From NCBI RefSeq assembly GCF_003334355.1, contig NZ_QOWP01000007.1: DNA of 64,000 bases. One strand, written 5' to 3'. This DNA is from Escherichia coli. GTDB taxonomy: Bacteria > Pseudomonadota > Gammaproteobacteria > Enterobacterales > Enterobacteriaceae. Shown here in pieces: positions 28,601 through 39,357 of this stretch (position 1 is the first letter of the stretch; each line of letters opens with the position of its first letter). The notes under the pieces were generated by a model. It was not told the DNA's origin. It ran no database searches and was given only the letters and a program-made list of their open reading frames with translations. Made by a program: the position numbers and the translations under genes.

Positions 28601-28739
28601 TACTGTTGTCGGTCGACATTGTCAGACGATCGGCATAACTTGTCGCCGTATCGCCGGTAAAACCTTGTTGCTCCAGCTCTTGCAAAAAATTAAGCACCAG
28701 TTGAACGACGCCGGGTGCCTGGGAAATCTGTGGAATCAT
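25683..28739 (-). CDS. ydiJ: FAD-linked oxidoreductase with C-terminal Fe-S/CCG domains YdiJ
   Basis: 1018-aa ORF, FAD-binding N-terminus, CxxCxxCxxxCP motifs. Confidence 0.85.
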   Translation of the reverse strand: MIPQISQAPGVVQLVLNFLQELEQQGFTGDTATSYADRLTMSTDNSIYQLLPDAVVFPRSTADVALIARLAAQERYSSLIFTPRGGGTGTNGQALNQGIIVDMSRHMNRIIEINPEEGWVRVEAGVIKDQLNQYLKPFGYFFAPELSTSNRATLGGMINTDASGQGSLVYGKTSDHVLGVRAVLLGGDILDTQPLPVELAETLGKSNTTIGRIYNTVYQRCRQQRQLIIDNFPKLNRFLTGYDLRHVFNDEMTEFDLTRILTGSEGTLAFITEARLDITPLPKVRRLVNVKYDSFDSALRNAPFMVEARALSVETVDSKVLNLAREDIVWHSVSELITDVPDKEMLGLNIVEFAGDDEALIDERVNALCVRLDELIASHQAGVIGWQMCRELAGVERIYAMRKKAVGLLGNAKGAAKPIPFAEDTCVPPEHLADYIAEFRALLDSHGLSYGMFGHVDAGVLHVRPALDMCDPQQEILMKQISDDVVALTAKYGGLLWGEHGKGFRAEYSPAFFGEELFAELRKVKAAFDPHNRLNPGKICPPEGLDAPMMKVDAVKRGTFDRQIPIAVRQQWRGAMECNGNGLCFNFDARSPMCPSMKITQNRIHSPKGRATLVREWLRLLADRGVDPLKLEQELPESGVSLRTLIARTRNSWHANKGEYDFSHEVKEAMSGCLACKACSTQCPIKIDVPEFRSRFLQLYHTRYLRPLRDHLVATVESYAPLMARAPKTFNFFINQPLVRKLSEKHIGMVDLPLLSVPSLQQQMVGHRSANMTLEQLEALNAEQKARTVLVVQDPFTSYYDAQVVADFVRLVEKLGFQPVLLPFSPNGKAQHIKGFLNRFAKTAKKTADFLNRMAKLGMPMVGVDPALVLCYRDEYKLALGEERGEFNVLLANEWLASALESQPVATVSGESWYFFGHCTEVTALPGAPAQWAAIFARFGAKLENVSVGCCGMAGTYGHEAKNHENSLGIYELSWHQAMQRLPRNRCLATGYSCRSQVKRVEGTGVRHPVQALLEIIK

Positions 28740-28824
28740 TATATTGACCCTTTCCTGCGGTCTGTGATGTAGGTCGATACACTATTCTTTCAGGCGGCTG
28801 CAATAGCGCACTGAAAGGTGATGT

Positions 28825-28965
28825 TTATTTACTCTATGGATTTCGAGTTGCAGGAAGGCGGCAAGCGAGTGAACTCCAGGAGCTTACAATAGTAAGTGAC
28901 TGGGGTGAACGAACGTAGCCGCAGCACATGCAACTTGAAATACGACGAGTAAATCGTTTGCGTGT
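28825..28965. repeat. ERIC/IRU enterobacterial repetitive intergenic element
   Basis: Contains AGTAAGTGACTGGGGTGAACG and CCAGGAGCTTAC cores matching the ERIC consensus and primer sites; lies in ydiJ-ydiK intergenic gap. Confidence 0.55.
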
Positions 28966-29127
28966 TGCCTGAGTTGTTGTACCACATTTTTTTCTAACAC
29001 GCCCATCAGAATTAAGGGCAGAATCGGCCTGTTAAAAATCGCTGAAATTGCTCATCATTATGCAGGTGAGTTTCGCGTATTCACGTCGCGTCGACGATTT
29101 GACGCACAAAAAAGGTGAAAAGTAGTT

Positions 29128-30240
29128 ATGGTAAATGTTCGTCAGCCCAGGGATGTCGCACAAATTCTGCTTTCGGTGCTGTTTTTAGCCATCATGATTG
29201 TGGCATGTCTGTGGATTGTTCAACCCTTTATTCTCGGCTTTGCATGGGCCGGTACGGTGGTTATCGCCACCTGGCCGGTATTGTTACGTTTGCAAAAGAT
29301 CATGTTTGGCCGCCGCTCTCTCGCCGTTCTGGTGATGACGCTGTTATTAGTGATGGTGTTTATCATCCCTATTGCTTTGCTGGTTAACAGTATCGTCGAC
29401 GGCAGCGGCCCGCTAATTAAAGCCATTTCCAGCGGTGACATGACGTTACCCGATCTGGCGTGGCTTAATACCATTCCGGTGATTGGCGCGAAGCTGTATG
29501 CAGGCTGGCACAACTTGCTGGATATGGGGGGGACGGCGATCATGGCGAAAGTCCGCCCTTATATTGGCACCACCACCACCTGGTTCGTTGGGCAGGCGGC
29601 GCATATCGGGCGCTTTATGGTGCATTGTGCGCTGATGCTTCTCTTCAGTGCCCTGCTGTACTGGCGCGGTGAACAGGTTGCACAAGGCATTCGCCATTTT
29701 GCAACCCGTCTGGCAGGCGTTCGCGGAGATGCCGCCGTACTGCTGGCGGCACAGGCTATCCGCGCGGTGGCGCTGGGTGTGGTGGTGACGGCGTTAGTAC
29801 AGGCAGTGCTTGGCGGTATCGGCCTCGCCGTTTCCGGCGTACCTTATGCAACTTTGCTAACGGTGTTAATGATCCTCTCCTGCCTTGTCCAGCTTGGCCC
29901 GTTGCCGGTACTGATTCCGGCGATTATCTGGCTCTACTGGACCGGCGATACCACCTGGGGAACGGTATTGTTAGTGTGGAGCGGTGTGGTTGGCACGCTG
30001 GATAACGTCATCCGCCCAATGTTAATTCGCATGGGTGCCGATTTACCGCTGATCCTGATCCTCTCTGGCGTTATTGGTGGTTTGATTGCTTTCGGGATGA
30101 TCGGTCTGTTTATTGGTCCGGTTCTGTTAGCCGTTTCCTGGCGTCTGTTTGCCGCGTGGGTGGAAGAAGTCCCGCCGCCGACGGACCAACCGGAAGAAAT
30201 TCTCGAAGAACTTGGCGAAATCGAGAAACCGAATAAGTAA
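29128..30240 (+). CDS. ydiK: AI-2E/UPF0118-family inner-membrane transporter YdiK
   Basis: 370-aa polytopic ORF. Confidence 0.85.
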   Translation: MVNVRQPRDVAQILLSVLFLAIMIVACLWIVQPFILGFAWAGTVVIATWPVLLRLQKIMFGRRSLAVLVMTLLLVMVFIIPIALLVNSIVDGSGPLIKAISSGDMTLPDLAWLNTIPVIGAKLYAGWHNLLDMGGTAIMAKVRPYIGTTTTWFVGQAAHIGRFMVHCALMLLFSALLYWRGEQVAQGIRHFATRLAGVRGDAAVLLAAQAIRAVALGVVVTALVQAVLGGIGLAVSGVPYATLLTVLMILSCLVQLGPLPVLIPAIIWLYWTGDTTWGTVLLVWSGVVGTLDNVIRPMLIRMGADLPLILILSGVIGGLIAFGMIGLFIGPVLLAVSWRLFAAWVEEVPPPTDQPEEILEELGEIEKPNK

Positions 30241-30425
30241 TTTCTCATCAGGCGGCTCTGCCGCCTGATTGTTAACCACCGCTAATTGATATTTGCTTGC
30301 TCTTCCCCATATTTTCCTGCTTACCGCCATTCAGCTGGTAGTACCTGTCGCAAATTCTTTACAGTTTTTAAACTAATGAGACGAATCTGATCGACGCAAA
30401 AAGTCCGTATGCCTACTATTAGCTC

Positions 30426-30530
30426 ACGGTTATAAATCAACATATTGATTTATAAGCATGGAAATCCCCTGAGTGAAACAACGAATTGCTGTGTGTAGTC
30501 TTTGCCCATCTCCCACGATGGGCTTTTTTT
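30426..30530 (+). ncRNA. rprA: RprA small regulatory RNA
   Basis: Recognised sequence ACGGTTATAAATCAACATATTGATTTATAAGCATGGAAATCCCCTGAGTGAAACAACGAATTGCTGTGTGTAGTCTTTGCCCATCTCCCACGATGGGCTTTTTTT including terminator. Confidence 0.85.
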
Positions 30531-30668
30531 TAACATTTTTCCGCATCGCTACCTCGCCCCTCACTCTTTCCAATAATGTTGCACAAGATACTGTGACTCT
30601 CTTCAAGCCGTCAGCAGGCTGATAATGTTATTTATATTTTATTGTTTATTTCATGCAGCCATTACACG

Positions 30669-31025
30669 ATGAACGCTTATGAACTCCAGGCACTCCGCCA
30701 TATTTTTGCCATGACTATTGATGAATGCGCGACCTGGATTGCCCAGACCGGTGACAGTGAAAGCTGGCGTCAATGGGAAAATGGCAAGTGTGCCATTCCT
30801 GATTGTGTAGTCGAGCAACTGTTGGCTATGCGTCAGCAAAGAAAAAAACATCTTCATGCGATCATAGAGAAAATAAATAACCGCATCGGCAACAACACCA
30901 TGCGTTTTTTCCCCGACTTAACCGCGTTTCAACAAGTCTACCCTGATGGCAATTTTATTGACTGGAAGATCTATCAATCGGTAGCCGCTGAATTATATGC
31001 ACACGATCTGGAGCGGCTTTGTTAA
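30669..31025 (+). CDS. ydiL: YdiL
   Basis: 118-aa product from MNAYELQALRHIF; ORF-track start 30642 is an extension. Confidence 0.7.
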   Translation: MNAYELQALRHIFAMTIDECATWIAQTGDSESWRQWENGKCAIPDCVVEQLLAMRQQRKKHLHAIIEKINNRIGNNTMRFFPDLTAFQQVYPDGNFIDWKIYQSVAAELYAHDLERLC

Positions 31026-31124
31026 TTTCTCCACAAAAAGGAATTGTCGTTGTTACAACAATAATGAACGGATACTGACACAACATCGCTACACTTTTTA
31101 AAGCACCTTTGCTAAGTAGAACCT

Positions 31125-32339
31125 ATGAAAAATCCCTATTACCCTACCGCACTTGGGTTGTATTTTAATTACCTGGTGCATGGTATGGGCGTCATTTTGA
31201 TGAGCCTGAATATGGCCTCGCTGGAGACACTTTGGCAGACTAATGCCACGGGTGTCTCGATAGTTATCTCATCGCTGGGCATTGGTCGATTAAGTGTCTT
31301 GCTTTTTGCAGGATTATTATCCGATCGCTTTGGTCGCCGCCCTTTTATCATGCTCGGGATGTGCTGCTATATGGCCTTCTTTTTTGGCATCCTGCAGACC
31401 AATAACATCATTATCGCTTATGTTTTTGGCTTTCTGGCGGGAATGGCAAACAGTTTTCTCGATGCAGGCACTTATCCCAGTTTGATGGAAGCTTTTCCAC
31501 GCTCACCTGGGACAGCCAATATTTTAATTAAAGCATTTGTTTCCAGCGGACAATTTTTATTACCGCTAATCATTAGCCTGTTAGTGTGGGCTGAACTGTG
31601 GTTCGGTTGGTCCTTTATGATTGCTGCAGGCATTATGTTTATTAACGCTCTGTTTTTATACCGTTGTACGTTCCCACCCCATCCGGGTCGTCGCTTACCT
31701 GTCATAAAGAAAACCACCAGCTCTACGGAACATCGCTGTTCAATTATCGATTTAGCCAGTTATACCTTATATGGCTATATCTCAATGGCAACGTTTTATC
31801 TGGTTAGCCAGTGGCTGGCACAGTACGGACAATTTGTTGCAGGCATGTCATACACTATGTCGATCAAACTACTCAGTATCTACACCGTGGGTTCGCTGCT
31901 TTGTGTATTTATTACCGCTCCACTCATTCGTAATACCGTTCGCCCAACAACATTACTGATGCTGTACACCTTTATCTCATTTATTGCTCTGTTTACCGTC
32001 TGCCTGCATCCCACATTTTATGTGGTGATAATATTTGCTTTTGTCATTGGTTTTACCTCTGCTGGAGGTGTTGTGCAAATTGGCCTGACGTTAATGGCTG
32101 AACGTTTCCCTTACGCTAAAGGTAAAGCTACAGGGATCTATTACAGTGCGGGCAGTATTGCGACCTTTACTATTCCGTTGATTACGGCTCATCTGTCCCA
32201 AAGAAGTATTGCCGATATTATGTGGTTCGATACCGCCATCGCTGCCATCGGTTTTTTACTGGCACTGTTTATCGGCTTACGCAGCCGCAAAAAAACGCGG
32301 CATCACTCGCTAAAGGAAAATGTCGCTCCGGGTGGGTAA
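31125..32339 (+). CDS. ydiM: MFS transporter YdiM
   Basis: 404-aa 12-TM ORF. Confidence 0.8.
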   Translation: MKNPYYPTALGLYFNYLVHGMGVILMSLNMASLETLWQTNATGVSIVISSLGIGRLSVLLFAGLLSDRFGRRPFIMLGMCCYMAFFFGILQTNNIIIAYVFGFLAGMANSFLDAGTYPSLMEAFPRSPGTANILIKAFVSSGQFLLPLIISLLVWAELWFGWSFMIAAGIMFINALFLYRCTFPPHPGRRLPVIKKTTSSTEHRCSIIDLASYTLYGYISMATFYLVSQWLAQYGQFVAGMSYTMSIKLLSIYTVGSLLCVFITAPLIRNTVRPTTLLMLYTFISFIALFTVCLHPTFYVVIIFAFVIGFTSAGGVVQIGLTLMAERFPYAKGKATGIYYSAGSIATFTIPLITAHLSQRSIADIMWFDTAIAAIGFLLALFIGLRSRKKTRHHSLKENVAPGG

Positions 32340-32565
32340 TGCAATATTCTTTTCAGGTCATGCAAGATCTTACGGATAAATAACTCTTTCTGCGCTAACT
32401 AAGGAAAATCGAGATCAAAAACAAACTATGACATGCAATATTCCTGGAAACATAAACTTTATGCCATGTACCCAGGGAAAATCATCTTCAGTATAGTAAT
32501 TATGTAAACCGTCGGAGAACAATACGTACGGTAACGAAATTATCTTTCAGCAAGGAGCTGTGAAA

Positions 32566-33831
32566 ATGTCTCAAAATAAGGCTTTCAGCACGCCATTTAT
32601 CCTGGCTGTTCTTTGTATTTACTTCAGCTACTTCCTGCACGGCATTAGTGTTATTACGCTTGCCCAAAATATGTCATCTCTGGCGGAAAAGTTTTCCACT
32701 GACAACGCGGGCATTGCCTACTTAATTTCCGGTATCGGTTTGGGGCGATTGATCAGTATTTTATTCTTCGGTGTGATCTCCGATAAGTTTGGTCGTCGGG
32801 CGGTGATATTAATGGCAGTAATAATGTATCTGCTATTCTTCTTTGGTATTCCCGCTTGCCCGAATTTAACTCTCGCCTACGGTCTGGCAGTGTGCGTAGG
32901 TATCGCTAACTCAGCGCTGGATACGGGTGGCTACCCCGCGCTCATGGAATGCTTTCCGAAAGCCTCTGGTTCGGCGGTCATACTGGTTAAAGCGATGGTG
33001 TCATTTGGGCAAATGTTCTACCCAATGCTGGTGAGCTATATGTTGCTCAATAATATCTGGTACGGCTATGGGCTGATTATTCCGGGTATTCTATTTGTAC
33101 TGATCACGCTGATGCTGTTGAAAAGCAAATTCCCCAGCCAGTTGGTGGACGCCAGCGTAACTAATGAATTACCGCAAATGAACAGCAAACCGTTAGTCTG
33201 GCTGGAAGGTGTTTCATCGGTACTGTTCGGTGTAGCCGCATTCTCGACCTTTTATGTGATTGTGGTGTGGATGCCCAAATATGCGATGGCTTTTGCTGGT
33301 ATGTCAGAAGCTGAGGCATTAAAAACCATCTCTTATTACAGTATGGGCTCGTTGGTCTGTGTCTTTATTTTTGCCGCACTACTGAAAAAAATGGTCCGGC
33401 CCATCTGGGCTAATGTATTTAACTCTGCACTGGCAACAATAACAGCAGCCATTATCTACCTGTACCCTTCTCCACTGGTGTGTAATGCCGGCGCCTTTGT
33501 TATCGGTTTCTCAGCAGCTGGCGGCATTTTACAGCTCGGTGTTTCGGTCATGTCAGAGTTTTTCCCAAAAAGCAAAGCCAAAGTCACCAGTATTTATATG
33601 ATGATGGGTGGACTGGCTAACTTTGTTATTCCGCTGATTACCGGTTATCTGTCGAACATCGGCCTGCAATATATCATTGTTCTCGATTTTACTTTCGCGC
33701 TGCTGGCCCTGATTACCGCAATTATTGTTTTTATCCGCTATTACCGCGTTTTTATTATTCCTGAGAATGATGTGCGGTTTGGCGAGCGCAAATTTAGCAC
33801 CCGGTTAAACACAATTAAGCATAGAGGTTAA
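32566..33831 (+). CDS. ydiN: MFS transporter YdiN
   Basis: 421-aa product from [11 protein letters not shown] with AAGGAG RBS 8 nt upstream; paralogous to ydiM. Confidence 0.8.
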
Positions 33832-33842
33832 AGGAGTTAATT

Positions 33843-34709
33843 ATGGATGTTACCGCAAAATACGAATTGATTGGGTTGATGGCTTATCCTATCCGCCACA
33901 GTTTATCGCCTGAAATGCAGAATAAAGCCTTAGAAAAAGCGGGATTGCCATTTACCTATATGGCCTTCGAAGTGGATAACGATAGCTTTCCCGGAGCAAT
34001 TGAAGGATTAAAAGCTCTAAAAATGCGCGGAACTGGTGTATCAATGCCGAACAAACAACTGGCGTGTGAATATGTTGATGAATTAACGCCAGCAGCCAAA
34101 CTGGTGGGTGCCATCAACACCATCGTTAATGATGATGGCTACCTGCGCGGCTATAACACCGACGGCACGGGCCATATTCGAGCCATTAAAGAGAGCGGTT
34201 TTGATATCAAAGGCAAAACAATGGTGCTGTTAGGGGCCGGAGGTGCCTCAACGGCGATTGGCGCGCAGGGGGCAATTGAAGGTTTAAAAGAAATTAAACT
34301 CTTTAACCGTCGGGATGAGTTCTTCGATAAAGCCCTCGCCTTCGCGCAGCGGGTTAACGAAAACACCGATTGTGTCGTCACGGTTACCGATCTCGCCGAT
34401 CAGCAAGCCTTTGCTGAAGCCCTGGCTTCCGCCGACATTTTAACCAATGGCACAAAAGTGGGTATGAAACCCCTTGAGAATGAATCATTGGTTAATGATA
34501 TCAGTCTGTTACATCCGGGACTGCTGGTCACTGAATGCGTGTATAACCCGCATATGACGAAGTTATTGCAGCAGGCGCAACAAGCTGGTTGCAAAACGAT
34601 TGATGGATACGGCATGTTGTTGTGGCAAGGGGCTGAACAGTTCACGTTATGGACTGGCAAAGATTTCCCTCTGGAATATGTTAAACAGGTCATGGGGTTC
34701 GGTGCCTGA
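33843..34709 (+). CDS. ydiB: Quinate/shikimate dehydrogenase
   Basis: 288-aa ORF, Rossmann motif GAGGAS, immediately upstream of aroD. Confidence 0.9.
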
Positions 34710-34739
34710 CAGGCTGACCGCGTGCAGAAAGGGTAAAAA

Positions 34740-35498
34740 ATGAAAACCGTAACTGTAAAAGATCTCGTCATTGGTGCGGGCGCACCTAAAATCATCGTCT
34801 CGCTGATGGCGAAAGATATCGCCCGCGTGAAATCCGAAGCTCTCGCCTATCGTGAAGCGGACTTTGATATTCTGGAATGGCGTGTGGACCACTTTGCCGA
34901 CCTCTCCAATGTGGAGTCTGTCATGGCGGCGGCAAAAATTCTCCGTGAAACCATGCCAGAAAAACCGCTGCTGTTTACCTTCCGCAGTGCCAAAGAAGGC
35001 GGCGAGCAGGCGATTTCCACCGAGGCTTATATTGCTCTCAATCGTGCAGCCATCGACAGCGGCCTGGTTGATATGATCGATCTGGAGTTATTTACCGGCG
35101 ATGATCAGGTTAAAGAAACCGTCGCCTACGCCCACGCGCATGATGTGAAAGTTGTCATGTCCAACCATGACTTCCATAAAACGCCGGAAGCCGAAGAAAT
35201 CATTGCCCGTCTGCGCAAAATGCAATCCTTCGACGCCGATATTCCTAAGATTGCGCTGATGCCGCAAAGTACCAGCGATGTGCTGACGTTGCTTGCCGCG
35301 ACCCTGGAGATGCAGGAGCAGTATGCCGATCGTCCAATCATCACGATGTCGATGGCAAAAACTGGCGTAATTTCTCGTCTGGCTGGTGAAGTATTTGGGT
35401 CGGCGGCAACTTTTGGTGCGGTAAAAAAAGCCTCTGCGCCAGGGCAAATCTCGGTAACTGATTTACGCACAGTATTAACTATTTTACATCAGGCATAA
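34740..35498 (+). CDS. aroD: 3-dehydroquinate dehydratase type I
   Basis: 252-aa ORF, recognised. Confidence 0.93.
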   Translation: MKTVTVKDLVIGAGAPKIIVSLMAKDIARVKSEALAYREADFDILEWRVDHFADLSNVESVMAAAKILRETMPEKPLLFTFRSAKEGGEQAISTEAYIALNRAAIDSGLVDMIDLELFTGDDQVKETVAYAHAHDVKVVMSNHDFHKTPEAEEIIARLRKMQSFDADIPKIALMPQSTSDVLTLLAATLEMQEQYADRPIITMSMAKTGVISRLAGEVFGSAATFGAVKKASAPGQISVTDLRTVLTILHQA

Positions 35499-35642
35499 GC
35501 AATAATATTTCGGCGGGAATATCCTCCCCCGCCGAACTAAAAAAATATATTCAACCGTATTTAATAAAAATATTTCGTGAGTCTCTGTGCGCTAATTATC
35601 CATCTGGCGTAGGGAAAATCACACCTGAATCAGGAATTAACA

Positions 35643-37238
35643 ATGAAACCTGTAAAACCACCTCGTATTAATGGACGAGTGCCGGTCCTGTCGGCACAGG
35701 AAGCGGTGAATTATATTCCCGACGAAGCAACACTTTGTGTGTTAGGCGCTGGCGGCGGTATTCTGGAAGCCACCACGTTAATTACTGCTCTTGCTGATAA
35801 ATATAAACAGACTCAAACGCCACGTAATTTATCGATTATTAGTCCAACAGGGCTTGGCGATCGCGCCGACCGCGGTATTAGTCCGCTGGCGCAAGAAGGT
35901 CTGCTGAAATGGGCATTATGCGGTCACTGGGGACAATCGCCGCGTATTTCTGATCTCGCAGAACAAAATAAAATTATTGCTTATAACTATCCACAAGGTG
36001 TACTTACACAAACCTTACGCGCCGCCGCAGCCCACCAGCCTGGTATTATTAGTGATATTGGCATCGGGACATTTGTCGATCCACGCCAGCAAGGCGGCAA
36101 ACTGAATGAAGTCACTAAAGAAGACCTGATTAAACTGGTCGAGTTTGATAACAAAGAATATCTCTATTACAAAGCGATTGCGCCAGATATCGCCTTCATT
36201 CGCGCTACCACCTGCGACAGCGAAGGCTACGCCACTTTTGAAGATGAGGTGATGTATCTCGACGCATTGGTTATTGCCCAGGCGGTGCACAATAACGGCG
36301 GTATTGTGATGATGCAGGTGCAGAAAATGGTTAAGAAAGCCACGCTGCATCCTAAATCTGTCCGTATTCCGGGTTATCTGGTGGATATTGTGGTGGTCGA
36401 TCCGGATCAAACCCAACTGTATGGCGGTGCACCGGTTAACCGCTTTATTTCTGGTGACTTCACCCTTGATGACAGTACCAAACTTAGCCTGCCCCTAAAC
36501 CAACGTAAATTAGTTGCGCGGCGCGCATTATTCGAAATGCGTAAAGGCGCGGTGGGGAATGTCGGCGTCGGTATTGCTGACGGCATTGGCCTGGTCGCCC
36601 GAGAAGAAGGTTGTGCTGATGACTTTATTCTGACGGTAGAAACAGGTCCGATTGGCGGAATTACTTCACAGGGGATCGCCTTTGGCGCGAACGTGAATAC
36701 CCGTGCCATTCTGGATATGACGTCCCAGTTTGATTTTTATCACGGTGGCGGTCTGGATGTTTGTTATTTGAGTTTTGCTGAAGTCGACCAGCACGGTAAC
36801 GTCGGCGTGCATAAATTCAATGGTAAAATCATGGGCACCGGTGGATTTATTGATATCAGTGCCACTTCGAAGAAAATCATTTTCTGCGGCACATTAACTG
36901 CGGGCAGTTTAAAAACAGAAATTACCGACGGCAAATTAAATATCGTCCAGGAAGGACGGGTGAAGAAATTTATTCGGGAACTACCGGAAATTACTTTCAG
37001 CGGAAAAATCGCTCTCGAGCGAGGGCTGGATGTTCGTTATATCACTGAGCGCGCAGTATTCACGCTGAAAGAAGACGGCCTGCATTTAATCGAAATCGCC
37101 CCTGGCGTCGATTTACAAAAAGATATTCTCGACAAAATGGATTTCACCCCAGTGATTTCGCCAGAACTCAAACTGATGGACGAAAGATTATTTATCGATG
37201 CGGCGATGGGTTTTGTCCTGCCTGAAGCGGCTCATTAA
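35643..37238 (+). CDS. ydiF: Fused alpha/beta-subunit CoA-transferase YdiF
   Basis: 531-aa ORF. Confidence 0.85.
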   Translation: MKPVKPPRINGRVPVLSAQEAVNYIPDEATLCVLGAGGGILEATTLITALADKYKQTQTPRNLSIISPTGLGDRADRGISPLAQEGLLKWALCGHWGQSPRISDLAEQNKIIAYNYPQGVLTQTLRAAAAHQPGIISDIGIGTFVDPRQQGGKLNEVTKEDLIKLVEFDNKEYLYYKAIAPDIAFIRATTCDSEGYATFEDEVMYLDALVIAQAVHNNGGIVMMQVQKMVKKATLHPKSVRIPGYLVDIVVVDPDQTQLYGGAPVNRFISGDFTLDDSTKLSLPLNQRKLVARRALFEMRKGAVGNVGVGIADGIGLVAREEGCADDFILTVETGPIGGITSQGIAFGANVNTRAILDMTSQFDFYHGGGLDVCYLSFAEVDQHGNVGVHKFNGKIMGTGGFIDISATSKKIIFCGTLTAGSLKTEITDGKLNIVQEGRVKKFIRELPEITFSGKIALERGLDVRYITERAVFTLKEDGLHLIEIAPGVDLQKDILDKMDFTPVISPELKLMDERLFIDAAMGFVLPEAAH

Positions 37239-37251
37239 CAGGAGTATAATG

Positions 37252-38403
37252 ATGGATTTTTCTTTAACTGAAGAACAAGAACTGCTGCTGGCCAGTATTC
37301 GCGAACTGATTACGACTAACTTTCCGGAAGAGTATTTCCGCACCTGCGATCAAAACGGGACATATCCGCGTGAGTTTATGCGGGCGCTGGCGGATAACGG
37401 TATTTCCATGCTTGGCGTGCCGGAAGAATTTGGTGGTATCCCTGCGGATTACGTCACCCAAATGCTGGCGCTGATGGAAGTGTCAAAATGCGGTGCTCCG
37501 GCATTTTTAATTACCAACGGTCAATGTATTCACAGTATGCGCCGTTTCGGTTCTGCAGAGCAGCTACGTAAAACGGCAGAAAGCACCCTGGAAACCGGCG
37601 ACCCCGCCTATGCCCTGGCGTTGACGGAACCAGGTGCTGGCTCAGATAACAACAGTGCCACCACCACTTACACGCGTAAAAACGGCAAGGTTTACATCAA
37701 CGGACAGAAAACCTTTATTACCGGTGCGAAAGAGTACCCGTATATGCTGGTGTTGGCGCGCGATCCGCAACCGAAAGATCCCAAAAAAGCCTTCACCCTG
37801 TGGTGGGTCGACTCCAGTAAGCCCGGCATTAAGATTAACCCGCTGCATAAAATCGGCTGACATATGCTCAGCACCTGCGAAGTCTATCTCGACAACGTGG
37901 AAGTTGAAGAGAGCGACATGGTGGGCGAAGAAGGAATGGGTTTCCTCAATGTGATGTACAACTTTGAGATGGAGCGCCTGATCAACGCCGCGCGCAGCAC
38001 CGGCTTTGCCGAATGCGCCTTTGAAGATGCCGCCCGCTATGCCAACCAACGTATCGCTTTTGGTAAGCCCATTGGTCATAACCAGATGATCCAGGAAAAA
38101 CTGGCGCTGATGGCGATTAAGATTGACAACATGCGCAACATGGTGCTGAAAGTGGCATGGCAAGCCGATCAGCATCAGTCACTGCGCACCAGCGCGGCGC
38201 TGGCAAAACTGTATTGCGCACGTACCGCAATGGAAGTCATTGATGATGCGATTCAAATCATGGGCGGTCTGGGCTATACCGATGAAGCGCGCGTCTCCCG
38301 CTTCTGGCGTGATGTCCGTTGTGAACGTATCGGCGGCGGTACAGACGAAATTATGATTTACGTAGCAGGTCGGCAGATCCTGAAAGACTATCAGAACAAA
38401 TAA
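37252..38403 (+). pseudogene. ydiO: Acyl-CoA dehydrogenase YdiO interrupted by in-frame TGA at 37858..37860
   Basis: Two same-frame ORFs (202 aa and 179 aa) separated only by TGA-CAT; together 383 codons, the length of intact ydiO. Confidence 0.7.
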
Positions 38404-38445
38404 TCTGCAGGCGGCGCAGCTTCTTAACAAACTGCGCCGCCAGAT

Positions 38446-39357
38446 TTATCCAACAAGACTTACCGGTTGAGGAAATTCAGATAGGATTTCTTGTTCCGCA
38501 AAACAGTTTTTAAATTGCCTGCGGTAATCGCTGGGTGAACAGCCGACATGGCGCAAAAACAGTTTGCCAAAGTGATCGACATTTTCATAACCCACACGCC
38601 AGGAGATCTCTGCCTGTGATAATTCAGTATTAGTGAGTAACCATTTCGCTTCCGTCATACGCCGTTGAATAACATAGTTAATTGGGGAAATACGATACTC
38701 TTTGGTAAATTCATGGCAAATATAACTGACGCTGGCACGAAATTTTTTCGATAACTGTTCTAAAGTGATTTTTTCGCGATAATTATTATTCAGATAGAAA
38801 AGAATATCTTTTATCAGAACATCTTTTTTAATATACCCCTACTCCGAACGATAAGCATTTTTAAAGTTTTCGTAGTAAAGAATTGCTAATGTATAGGCAA
38901 ATGCATCCCATAACGAAGATGTTTGGCTATTTTTACTTTGCGGCAAAATCACACTTAGCTCATTAAATAAGGTTTTAATGACTTCTTTTCCCTGCCCCGC
39001 GGCAATTACCGGACAAGAATGCGGTTGCAGTAGATGATTTTCCTCAGCCCCCTGAAACTGAAAGCCGTACAGCGCACAGGTACACGTCGTTGCCGGATCG
39101 TTAACGTCAGAGGCCACCGCATGCAGCCTGCCGCGTTCTATCACCACTATATCATCTGCATGCGCGACATATAACGAAGAATCGATGGTAAACCTTGCCA
39201 CCCCTTTCTTGACGTAAATCAGCTCGGTTTCATTGTCATGAACGTGATGTCCAGACTCCCATTTTGGATCATCGCTAAATGCAAAACGTGAAAGCCGTGG
39301 CGTTTTACCAGCGACAAACAGCGTTTCACTGGCATTATCAAAACAGCGTTGATACAT
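38446..39357 (-). pseudogene. ydiP: AraC-family regulator YdiP interrupted by in-frame TAG at 38839..38841
   Basis: N-terminal cupin ORF (172 aa) ends at TAG; the frame continues uninterrupted for 60 codons into the 70-aa C-terminal HTH ORF; total 303 codons. Confidence 0.7.

Noticed and set aside
32428-32496. 22-codon ORF (MTCNIPGNINFMPCTQGKSSSV) between ydiM and ydiN
   Set aside because: The nearest purine-rich stretch is over 20 nt from the ATG; no conservation evidence available.
35512-35535. Hairpin CGGCGGG-N8-CCCGCCG after aroD
   Set aside because: No U-tract on either strand, so not called as an intrinsic terminator.
37858-37860. Selenocysteine recoding of the ydiO TGA
   Set aside because: ydiO is not a known selenoprotein and no SECIS-like stem-loop is evident immediately 3' of the TGA; nonsense mutation is the simpler explanation.
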